In this document: positions 1 to 9,565 of the stretch, piece after piece | Layout of the letters: every line of letters starts with the position of its first letter | How positions within the stretch are numbered: position 1 is the first letter of the stretch | Program-made: the position numbers and the translations under genes | Assembly (NCBI GenBank): GCA_035193785.1 | Contig: CP136572.1 | Coordinates: 160,001-224,000 of the forward strand | Direction: 5' to 3' | DNA from: Planktothrix sp. GU0601_MAG3 | GTDB lineage: Bacteria > Cyanobacteriota > Cyanobacteriia > Cyanobacteriales > Microcoleaceae | DNA length: 64,000 bases | The notes under the pieces: model-generated | The model's input: only the letters and a program-made list of their open reading frames with translations | What the model was told of the DNA's origin: nothing | Database searches by the model: none

Positions 1-157
1 AACCGACTAGAAGGATTAATCGAATTCAGGCGAAACAGCATAAAAAATCAATATTTTTTAGGGTCAATACCGTAGAGAATACCGTCTCTGTAACAAGTTC
101 AGGTTAAGGTAAGGTTAAGGGTTGCCCCGATGCTGTTGATGGTAAAATAACCCGGGA

Positions 158-293
158 GTGGGGAGTGGGGAGCAGGGGGAGCAGGGGGAGCAGGGGGAGT
201 AGGGGGAGCAGGGGGAGTAGGGGGAGCAGGGGGAGTAGGGGGAGTAGGGGGAGTAGGGGGAGTAGGGGGAGCAGGGGGAGTAGGGGAGCAGGC
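158..293. repeat. 9-bp tandem repeat (AGCAGGGGG/AGTAGGGGG)n
   Basis: Directly visible. The same unit recurs at ~27640-27710. It generates the spurious poly-LLP ORF at 104-301. Confidence 0.95.
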
Positions 294-295
294 AA

Positions 296-423
296 ACCCA
301 TAACCTATTACCTATTACCTATTACCCATAACCCATAACCCATAACCCATAACCCATAACCCATAACCCATAACCCATAACCCATTACCCATTACCCATT
401 ACCCATTACCCATTACCCATTAC
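296..423. repeat. Heptamer tandem repeat (CCCATAA/CCCATTA/CCTATTA)n, STRR-like
   Basis: Directly visible. It is the reverse complement of the array at 31225-31420. Confidence 0.95.
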
Positions 424-474
424 TCGATATAACTGTATAATCGTCAACACTTTTAGATAACTAGCAATTCTGGC

Positions 475-1594
475 ATGATCAATGTAGTTCCAGTACGACC
501 CGCCCTTAATAGTTTGTCTTCGGTTAGCAATTCCCCATTGGAAGTGCCTGAAAATTGGGAAACCCAAGAAGACTTACAAATTTGGCTCAATGAATTAGTT
601 GAAAGAATTATATCTGGCGATCGCATTAGTCGAGAAGCCGCTTTAGTTCTAACACAGATTGAAGATCAAGAACAAATTTTATTACTCTGTCAAGCAGCCG
701 ATCAAGTTCGTCAAGCCTGCTGTGGTAATACCGTTGATCTCTGTAGTATTGTTAACATTAAATCGGGTAATTGTTCAGAAAACTGTGGTTTTTGTTCCCA
801 ATCTGTTCATCATCCGGGGGAAGCATCTCCGGTGTATGGATTAAAGTCTAGTGATGAAATTTTAGACCATGCTAAGGCCGCAGAAACTGCTGGAGCCGCC
901 AGATTTTGTTTAGTTTCTCAGGGACGAGGAATTAAATATAATAGTCCGAAATCCTCGGAGTTTGAACAGGTTTTAGCCACGGTTAAACGCATTATTCAAG
1001 AAACTAACGTTAAACCCTGTTGTGCTCTAGGGGAATTAACCTTAGAACAGGCTCAGGCTTTAGCTGAGGCGGGAGTTACCCGTTATAACCATAATTTAGA
1101 AGCCTCAAAAGCCTTTTATCCGCAAGTGGTAACCACCCATACCTGGGAAGATCGGGTACAAACCGTTAAAAACCTGAAGGCGGCGGGAATTCAAGCCTGT
1201 ACCGGGGGGATTATGGGGATGGGAGAAACCTGGGAAGATCGGATAGATTTGGCCTTCTCCTTAGCTGAATTAGAGGTGGAGTCTGTCCCGATTAATTTAT
1301 TAAACCCGCGATCGGGAACGCCTTTGTCAGAACAGTCTAAACTTGATCCCTATGAAGCATTAAAAGCGATCGCCATTTTTCGTTTAATTCTTCCGACTCA
1401 AATTCTCCGCTATGCTGGAGGACGGGAAGCGATCATGGGAGAAACTGCAAGGTTTAGGCCTAAAATCGGGAATTAATGCCATGTTAATTGGTAATTATTT
1501 AACGACTTTGGGTCAAGCTCCCGAACAGGATCAGGCGATGTTAAAATCCTTGGGACTTGAAGGGGGTGAAGCTCGAGTTCCTCATTTTTCCTAA
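475..1594 (+). CDS. bioB: Biotin synthase (radical SAM); apparent frameshift at ~1442
   Basis: CSENCGFC (CxxxCxxC), RYNHNLE and VPINLL motifs. The C-terminus (GINAMLIGNYLTT) continues in the next frame after GAAAC. Confidence 0.95.
617..624. repeat. HIP1 octamer GCGATCGC (example; many copies across the window)
   Basis: Other examples at ~1366, ~2989, ~13200, ~20549, ~20581, ~36674, ~55397 and ~62961. Confidence 0.9.
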
Positions 1595-1613
1595 TGGTTA
1601 ATATTTCTCTATT

Positions 1614-2198
1614 GTGACAGCTACCTCCGATTTTTTTTGGGCAATTATTGGTGTTTTATTAACGATTGGTGGCACTTTTTTAGAAGCGTTTGTCACCGAT
1701 CCCTCTTGGATTTGGCAACAAGAAAATGTTGAGGTTCACTCTTTGGGTGTAACCTATCAAATTGGGGCGGTTTTGTTAGTTGGTTGTTTGGGAGGAAAAA
1801 ATGCCGCCGCCATGTCCCAAATTGCTTATCTGGCCTTGGGATTAACTATATTACCCGTGTTTTCAGAAGGGGGGGGACTGGATTATTTAAGACAACCCAC
1901 CTTTGGCTATTTATTAGGGTTTATTCCCGGGGGATGGGTGTGTGGATTTTTAGCTTTTAAAGCCTTACCTAAATTAGAATTATTAGCCTTTAGTTGTTTA
2001 TGTGGATTACTTACGGTTCACAGTGTAGGGTTAATTTATTTAAGTTTAAGTCATGTTTTTAATGGCGTTGCTACCCAAGGAATTATTCTTGGAGATGCGG
2101 TTAATAAATATTCCCTCCAACCTTTCCCCGGACAATTAGCGGTCAGTTGTGCGGTAGCTGTTTTATCTTATCTTTTAAGAGGATTACTATTTTATTAA
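1614..2198 (+). CDS. bioY: Biotin transporter BioY
   Basis: Hydrophobic protein with LPVFSEGGG and PTFGYLLGF motifs, directly after bioB. Confidence 0.9.
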   Translation: MTATSDFFWAIIGVLLTIGGTFLEAFVTDPSWIWQQENVEVHSLGVTYQIGAVLLVGCLGGKNAAAMSQIAYLALGLTILPVFSEGGGLDYLRQPTFGYLLGFIPGGWVCGFLAFKALPKLELLAFSCLCGLLTVHSVGLIYLSLSHVFNGVATQGIILGDAVNKYSLQPFPGQLAVSCAVAVLSYLLRGLLFY

Positions 2199-2230
2199 AG
2201 TTAATTAATGACTGTTCCCAATTCCCCATC

Positions 2231-2258
2231 CGTAATTCGTAATTCGTAATTCGTAATT
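2231..2258. repeat. Short (CGTAATT)n heptamer repeat
   Basis: Visible. The reverse complement (AATTACG)n occurs at ~46077-46115. Confidence 0.8.
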
Positions 2259-2288
2259 CCCCATCCCCCATTCCCTGTTCCCTAATTT

Positions 2289-2759
2289 ATGCGATTTAAG
2301 AAAAATTCTAATTTTTGGATAGTTGCTCTTGTGAGTTTAATTGTGGATCACCTGACTAAATTGTGGGTGGTACAAAATTTTGAACTGGGAGAAACCTTAC
2401 CCCTGTGGCGCAATGTGTTTCATCTAACCTATGTTACAAATACAGGAGCAGCCTTTAGTTTATTTAGTAATGGGGGGATTTTGTGGTTGCGTTGGTTATC
2501 CTTGTTGGTGAGTCTAGGATTAATGGCAATGGCTTGGTTTGGCCCCCGTCTCCACCGTTGGGAACAGGTCGGATATGGTTTAATCTTAGGGGGCGCATTA
2601 GGAAATGGGATTGATCGGTTTATTTCCGGTCATGTCGTAGATTTCCTGGATTTTCGACTGATTAATTTTCCAGTATTCAATTTGGCAGATATTTCGATTA
2701 ATATTGGAATCTGGTGTTTAATTATTGCCATGTTTACACAATTAAAACCTGAGTCCTGA
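2289..2759 (+). CDS. lspA: Lipoprotein signal peptidase II
   Basis: NTGAAFS, GALGNGIDR, VVDFL and FNLAD motifs. Confidence 0.95.
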   Translation: MRFKKNSNFWIVALVSLIVDHLTKLWVVQNFELGETLPLWRNVFHLTYVTNTGAAFSLFSNGGILWLRWLSLLVSLGLMAMAWFGPRLHRWEQVGYGLILGGALGNGIDRFISGHVVDFLDFRLINFPVFNLADISINIGIWCLIIAMFTQLKPES

Positions 2760-2807
2760 AACGAAACGGTACAATAGATACGACCCACGCAAGTCTGAGT
2801 GCTGAAA

Positions 2808-5080
2808 ATGTCCACCCCCTTGCCCCCTCAGAAACCACAAACTCTCCTGAACACAATCACACAGGTTGTCCAGACGCTCCATGCTAAGGTTAATTTTTCG
2901 CGGCTGATCCTGAAACCGAATGCTAAAGTCCCGGAACTGATAGTACATCAGGCCGACACTAACAAAGCAGAAGTTTATCCCCTATTGGGCGATCGCTATG
3001 TGGTGGGACGTTTCTTCCCGCACCTGCGATATCGTAGTCCGAAATCCCCTAGTCAGCACAATTCATGTCAGTGTTGTCCGAGATCCCAAACGGACGGGGT
3101 TATTTTCGGGTCGTAACGAGTTTAGGATTCAGGATGAAGACTCCACCAATGGCTTATATTGGGGACGACGCCGGGTTAAGGAATTGCCGTTGCGCCATAG
3201 GGATAGTTTAACCTTGGGGCCACCGGAACTAGCTTCTGTTGTTCGGGTCGAATATCGGAATCCGCCTCCTTGGTATATTCAAACCTTCCGTTACGGATTT
3301 TATGGAATCTGTGGATTGACGGCGGCGATGGGGGTGGTGGTGCTATTCCAGTGGCAGAAATTTGAAGTTGATCCCCTACCAAAAACCGTAACTGGGCCAG
3401 TAATTATTCATGCCGCCGATGGTCGCCCCCTCCGACAAGCAAATACCATCGCCCATTTAGAAGCGGATCGGTTATCGGATTTTGGCTCCTATTTACCTAA
3501 AGCCGTTGTTGCTTCTGAGGATGCTCGGTTTTATTGGCATTTGGGCATTGATCCTTTTGGCACATTACGCGCATTATTAACCAATGTCCGAGATGGGGAA
3601 ATTCGAGAAGGCGGAAGTACCCTTTCTCAACAGTTAGCCCGAAGTTTATACCGGGATTATGTGGGTACGGAAGATTCTGCTGGACGGAAATTTAGGGAAG
3701 CGGTTGTGGCCCTGAAATTAGAAGCAGTTTATGGTAAAAATCAGATACTCAAAACCTATTTGAATCGGGTTTATTTAGGGATTAATTTATATGGTTTTGA
3801 GGATGCGGCTAAATTCTATTTTAACAAATCTGCCAAGGATTTAACCCTTTCAGAAGCAGCAACCTTAGTGGGAATTTTACCCGCGCCTAATAGTTTTAAT
3901 CCGATTCAAAATTATCAATTAGCGGTGCAGTATCGCGATCGGGTGATTATTCGGATGTTAGAAACTGGGGATGGTCAGTGAAGATGATGCCGATCGCGCC
4001 CGTCGTTCTCGGATTGAAATTAATCCTAAAGCTCAGGAGTTTTTAGAAAGTACCATTGCTCCCTATTTTTATGATTATGTTTTTGTTGAATTGCAGCAAT
4101 TATTAGGGGAACAATTAGCCCGAGAAGGTAATTTTATTGTTGAAACAGGATTAAATCCTTCGATGCAAACGATTGCCGAATCTTCCCTAAAAAGTGCAAC
4201 TCAGACCGCAGGAGCAACTAATGGATTTTCCCAAGGAGGTATGGTAACATTGGATTCCAATACCGGGGAAATTTTGGCAATGACCGGGGGTGCAGATTAT
4301 AAAGACAGTCAGTTTAACCGTGTTACCCAAGCTCAACGTCAACCGGGATCAACCTTTAAATTATTTACCTATTTAGCAGCACTAGCCCAAGGTATTCCTC
4401 CGGGTCAAACCTATTCCTGTGAGCCCTTAAATTGGAAGGGACAAAGTTATCAAGGGTGTGAACGGAGTGGGGGTGATATTGATATGTATAGGGGTTTAGC
4501 GTTATCAGAAAATGTGATCGCCCTGAGAATTGCTCAAGATGTTGGATTAGACCGAGTTATTGATATGGCAAAACGCTTAGGAATTAAGTCAAAACTTGAT
4601 CCAGTTCCGGGTTTAGTAATCGGTCAAAGTGAGGTGAATCTATTGGAAATTACTGGGGCTTATAGCACTGTTGTTAATAATGGTTTGCGTCATTCTCCCC
4701 ATGCAATTAAACGAATTTTAGATAGTAGTGATTGTACGGATATTAATGATATTAATACCTGTCGGGTGATTTATGCTTATGATCAACAAAATCCCACAAT
4801 TCCTTCGGTTTTATCGGCTTCTGTTGCGGAAACAATGACAACTTTATTGCAAGGTGCAGTTCGTCGGGGCACGGCTCAAAGTGCCTATATTGGATTAGGA
4901 GAAGCGGGTAAAACTGGGACTACAAATGATAATGTTGATTTGTGGTTTATTGGTTATCTTCCTGATTCTAAACTAACTACGGGAGTTTGGTTAGGAAATG
5001 ATGATAATTCTCCTACGAATGGAAGTAGTGCGAATGCAGCTAAATTATGGCGGGATTATATGAGTCAAATTGCGAGATAG
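2808..5080 (+). CDS. FHA-domain class A penicillin-binding protein (transglycosylase/transpeptidase); apparent frameshifts at ~3011 and ~3962
   Basis: FHA motifs (GR, S.IH, STNG), a TM helix, glycosyltransferase motifs (EDARF, GGSTLSQQL), and transpeptidase GSTFK, SEN and KTG motifs. Confidence 0.9.
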
Positions 5081-5144
5081 AAATTAAGAGAAAAAGAGAG
5101 AAAGAGAGAAAGAGAGACGCGCCGTGGCTCGTCTCTACGGGGGG

Positions 5145-5772
5145 TTATGATTGAAAAATTTGTGTTGGGGTTAAATTTAATTCTGGGAATATAGCCGATT
5201 CTATTCTATCATTTTCTCTATATAAATTTACCATATATTCCCCATCAATCATTTGATAAACAGAAATAGTGGGTTGTTTAGGATTGCCAATATATCGCCG
5301 ACCTCCTAACCCTAAATAATCAATAATCCAATATTCTTTAATTCCTAATTTTTCATATTCTGATAATTTCATCAAATAATCATCTTGCCAATTTGTACTG
5401 ACCACTTCTACGACTAAAGGCAAACTTTCACCTTGAGTAATAGTTGACCGCTTTTTCCACATTGGTTCATTTTCCAGAGCATTTTTATCAATCACAGTCA
5501 CATCTGGATTAAAACCAGATTGATCAGAATCAATGGCTTTGATAATACACTGTCGAGCAACAAAATAGTTCAGTCCCAGGGATTCTATCTGAATACCTAA
5601 TTTAAGAGTAAGAAAACTAGCGACTTGTTCATGAGTTCCTGTAGGCTGCATTTCTTTAATAACTCCTTGATGTAATTCATACTTTCCATGACCATCGGGA
5701 AACCCAGTCCAGAAATTCCTCTAAGGTGATTAATTTAGCTTCCGATTCTGATTCTAATACAGTTTGCATCAT
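5145..5772 (-). CDS. Uma2 (DUF820) family endonuclease; apparent frameshift at ~5701
   Basis: PD...LVVEVVS...K..EY..LGIKEYWIID motif. The N-terminus (ITLEEFLDW..DG..KYEL) lies in another frame upstream. Confidence 0.88.
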
Positions 5773-5914
5773 ATCTTTTAATGGTTTTGATCAAAAATAA
5801 TACACCTATAAATATAGTATAACAATTCTTAGAAACCCGGTTTTTAAGATCAACCCGGTTTCTTCAGGTTATCTTAGGGTAAAATAAACTTAGGCTGGTT
5901 TGAGTTATATCATA

Positions 5915-7939
5915 ATGAGTTATTGCCTAAATCCCCACTGTCCTCAACCTCAGAACACCCCAGAGGCTAAATTCTGTTTAACCTGTGGGGCAAAATTGTT
6001 ATTAAGAGAACGGTATCGCGCCGTTAAAGTGATTGGTCATGGGGGGTTTGGTAAAACATTTTTAGCCGTGGACGAAGATAAACCATCCCGTCCGGCTTGT
6101 GTGATTAAACAATTTCATCCCCAAATGCAGGGAAATTCCCAAAAAGCCATTGAGTTATTTCATCGAGAAGCAGAAAGATTAGATGAGTTAGGAAAACACC
6201 CTCAAATTCCCGAATTATTAGCCCATTTTGAACAGGATAGTCATCAATATTTAGTCCAAGAATTTATTAATGGGCCGAATTTAGAAGAAGAACTTTTGCA
6301 TCAAGGAGTATTTAATGAAGCCCAAATTTCTCAAGTCTTAGATGATTTATTACCTGTTTTACAATTTATTCATCATCATCGGGTAATTCACCGAGATATT
6401 AAACCCGCGAATATTATTCTTAGAGATGGTTCTTTATCGGCACAATTACCCTTAGTTCGTCCTGAAGTTTTCCAACAATTTCGGGGACAATCTTCGCCTC
6501 AAAATATCCCTGGGGGTTCTCAATCTCAAGGTCGGTTAGTATTAGTGGATTTTGGAGCCGCCAAAGTCGTTACCGATAGTCAAGTTCCGATCATGGGAAC
6601 GGTGATTGGTAGTCCCGAATATGTCGCCCCGGAACAAACCAGAGGACAGGCAATTTATAGCAGTGATATTTATAGTTTAGGGGTAACTTGTATTTATTTA
6701 ATGACGCAAATTTCCCCCTTTGATTTATATGATATCCATGAGGATCGGTGGATTTGGCGAGATTATTTAAAACAAAATTATGTGAGTTCGGAATTAGGAA
6801 AAATATTAGATAAAATGTTAGCAGTATTACCCAGTCAACGTTATGATTCTGCTTTAAAAGTCCTCAAAGATCTACATCCGAGTGGCATACCTCCAGCGAT
6901 CGCCCGCCATTTACAAACCCTATCCCCCCCAACTCCCGCACCACAAACCGTTAGAACTCCGATTCCATCGTCCTCCCAGACCTTACCTCCCCGCACCATC
7001 CAACAACCCACCCCCCCCCAACAGCAGCGTGTTCAACCCTTGCAAGCGCCATCTTGGAAGTGTGTTCATACCCTGATTGGCCATCGCAACGCCATTACCG
7101 GGGTGGCTTTCAGTCCCGATGGCCAGACCTTGGCGAGTGGAAGTCAGGATCAGACGATTGAAATTTGGCGGCTGGACTCGGGGAAACGGTGGTATACCTT
7201 GGTTGGTCATAGCAACTGGATCACGACTATTGCTTTTAGTCCTGATAGCAAGACTTTAGCGAGTGGGAGTCGGGATCAAACCATTGAAATTTGGGATATG
7301 ACCAAGGGGAAAAGGTGGTATACCCTCACGGGTCATCAAGACGGGGTGGAAGCGGTGGCGTTTAGTCCCAATGGTCAATTTTTAGCCAGTGGGAGTCGAG
7401 ATAAAAGTATTGAAATTTGGAATATGACTAAGGGAAAACGGGGGTTTACCTTAACAGGTCATCAAGACCGAGTTTATAGTGTGGCGTTTAGTTTGGATAG
7501 TCAAAAATTGGCGAGTGGGAGTCGAGATCAAACGGTGAAAATTTGGGATTTGAACACAGCAAAGGAAGTCCAAAGTTTAACGGGTCATGGGGACTGGGTG
7601 AGAAGTGTGGCGTTTAGTTTAAATGGTCAATTATTGGCTTCGGCGTCTAAAAATGGCATGATTAGAATATGGCACAATCAACAGGAAAAATGGGTATTAT
7701 TAAGAACATTAAGAGCCGATGATAAAGAGATATTTAATATTATTTTTAGTCCAGATAATCGGTTTTTAGTGAGTGGAGGAGGACAGGGAATAATTGATAT
7801 TTGGGATGTACAAAAAGGGATATTATTAGAAACCATTAAAGCCCATGAAAGTGATGTTTTTACGCTGGCGTTTAGTGGGGATGGTCAATGGTTAGCAACG
7901 GGAAGTTATGACCGGACGGCGAAGTTATGGAAACAATAA
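5915..7939 (+). CDS. Ser/Thr protein kinase with N-terminal 4-Cys zinc-ribbon prefix and C-terminal WD40 propeller
   Basis: YCLNPHC..FCLTCG, GHGGFG, HRDIKPAN, DFG and APE motifs, a Pro-rich linker and about 7 WD40 repeats. Confidence 0.93.
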   Translation: MSYCLNPHCPQPQNTPEAKFCLTCGAKLLLRERYRAVKVIGHGGFGKTFLAVDEDKPSRPACVIKQFHPQMQGNSQKAIELFHREAERLDELGKHPQIPELLAHFEQDSHQYLVQEFINGPNLEEELLHQGVFNEAQISQVLDDLLPVLQFIHHHRVIHRDIKPANIILRDGSLSAQLPLVRPEVFQQFRGQSSPQNIPGGSQSQGRLVLVDFGAAKVVTDSQVPIMGTVIGSPEYVAPEQTRGQAIYSSDIYSLGVTCIYLMTQISPFDLYDIHEDRWIWRDYLKQNYVSSELGKILDKMLAVLPSQRYDSALKVLKDLHPSGIPPAIARHLQTLSPPTPAPQTVRTPIPSSSQTLPPRTIQQPTPPQQQRVQPLQAPSWKCVHTLIGHRNAITGVAFSPDGQTLASGSQDQTIEIWRLDSGKRWYTLVGHSNWITTIAFSPDSKTLASGSRDQTIEIWDMTKGKRWYTLTGHQDGVEAVAFSPNGQFLASGSRDKSIEIWNMTKGKRGFTLTGHQDRVYSVAFSLDSQKLASGSRDQTVKIWDLNTAKEVQSLTGHGDWVRSVAFSLNGQLLASASKNGMIRIWHNQQEKWVLLRTLRADDKEIFNIIFSPDNRFLVSGGGQGIIDIWDVQKGILLETIKAHESDVFTLAFSGDGQWLATGSYDRTAKLWKQ

Positions 7940-7944
7940 ATAAC

Positions 7945-8060
7945 GCCCGGAACTAAAGTTCGGGCTGAAAGCTAAAGTTATCTAAAGATAACTAAATACT
8001 TGTCTTTCTTAACCCGTTTTAACGGGTTTGAGCTTTTAGCCTGAAATTTATTTCAAGGTT
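7945..8060. repeat. Compound palindromic element (four hairpins arranged as two inverted ~50-bp units); probable bidirectional terminator or REP-like element
   Basis: Hairpins CCCGGAAC-TAAA-GTTCGGG, AGTTATC-TAAA-GATAACT, AACCCGTT-TT-AACGGGTT and CCTGAAAT-TT-ATTTCAAGG, lying between convergent genes. Confidence 0.7.
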
Positions 8061-8348
8061 TCCGATGTTAAAAAGATGGGTAAATTTTAGCAATTTCTTC
8101 AGAGGTACGGGCGCGATGGATGAAATTATACTAAAATTTGATATTAATATAATAATGGGCGATCGCAAATACAATAATATTAAAACAATTAATTGGCGGA
8201 TGTTGGGGCGTGGCGAGGGGGGACGCTCGCACTGCTTTAAGTCATAAAATCATAACTGCTATATCTCAATCTTGATCATATTGGCGTAAACTACAAAAAT
8301 CCGGTTTCTGTGGTTAGGAATGGCGTTAGAAGTTGCCTTGTCAATTCA

Positions 8349-8892
8349 TTAATAGTCAGAGGTTCGTTTTTGAGGCAATGTAATCCCTAAGCGTTTTTTT
8401 AACGCCTCGATAACTTCCTCCGCAGACTTCTGACTGAAGTTTTTAATTTCTAATAAGTCTTGTTGAGTATAATCTCGTAAGTCTGCAACTGTGTTAATTT
8501 GAGCGCGTTTGAGACAGTTGTAAGTCCGAAACTGATAACTGTAATTCTTCAATCGGGATTTGACTCATTGGATCGATATCATCATTCTGATCGCTTTTAA
8601 TCGATTCCAAGGCAATATCTTCTGACTTAGAGGCTCGTTCTTGAGGCAATATAATCCCTAAGTGTTTTTGTAACGCCTCGATAACTTCTTCCGCATTTTT
8701 CTGACCAAAGTTTTTAATTTCTAAGAGGTCTTCTTGAGTATAATCTCGTAAGTCTGCAACCGATTTAATTTGAGCGCGTCTGAGACAGTTGTAAGCCCGA
8801 ACTGATAATTGTAATTCTTCAATCGGGATTTGACTCATTGGATCGATATCATCATTCTGATCGCTTTTCATCGATTCCAGGGTGATATCTTC
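8349..8892 (-). repeat. 270-bp tandem duplication of the alpha linker plus CTD
   Basis: [27 protein letters not shown] starts at 8892 and [27 protein letters not shown] starts at 8622. Confidence 0.95.
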
Positions 8893-9565
8893 TAACGGTG
8901 TAAACAAATCTACTAAAATCGTCGCGGCTTGGCTCAGGGCTTCTTGGGGTGTTAAACTCCCATTTGTCCAAATCTCCATGATCAGGCGGTCTTTTTCCAA
9001 AGTTCCACCCACCCGTGCATCCTCAACGGTGTAATTCACTTTCCGTACAGGCATGAACACGGCATCAATTTGGAGAAAATCTACAGCCAGTCCCTCGTCC
9101 CGATTGCGCTCCACGGCGTGATACCCAGTTCCCTTATCAACTTGAAATTCCATTTCCAAGGTTGCCCCAGGAGCCAGGGTAGCGATATATTGGTTTTTGT
9201 TTACGACCTCAACCTCTGAAGGTAACTCAAAATGACCTGCCGTTACCGTCGCTGGGCCTTGAAGTTCTAAGCGACCAATTTGCTTTTGGTGGGTATAGCT
9301 TTTGAGTACAACTTTTTTCAGGTTCAGCAGAATCTCTAAAACATCTTCCCTAACCCCTCGAATCGTTGCAAACTCATGATTAACATTGGCAAACCTTGCT
9401 GATGTAATCGCGGTTTCCTTCTAAGTTGGAGAGTAAAACCCGTCTTAGAGCATTACCAACCGTTGTCCCTTGACCCCGTTCTAACGGTTCTAAGACGAAT
9501 TTACCGTACTGGCTCCGGTCTATATCAGTGTTCGATTCAATACACTCAATCTTAAATCCTGCCAC
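8349..9565 (-). other. rpoA: RpoA-like module of the fusion (alpha-NTD plus two alpha-CTDs); an extra copy outside the alpha operon
   Basis: [63 protein letters not shown] and LSVRAYNCL motifs. No rpsK or rplQ flanks it. Confidence 0.93.

Noticed and set aside
104..301. Poly-LLP ORF
   Set aside because: Translation of a 9-bp tandem repeat.
8065..8247. 60-aa ORF between the kinase and the fusion
   Set aside because: No recognisable motif; I cannot support it as a gene.
8349..9565. This being the housekeeping rpoA
   Set aside because: No alpha-operon neighbours, an in-frame N-terminal fusion, a duplicated CTD and atypical substitutions.
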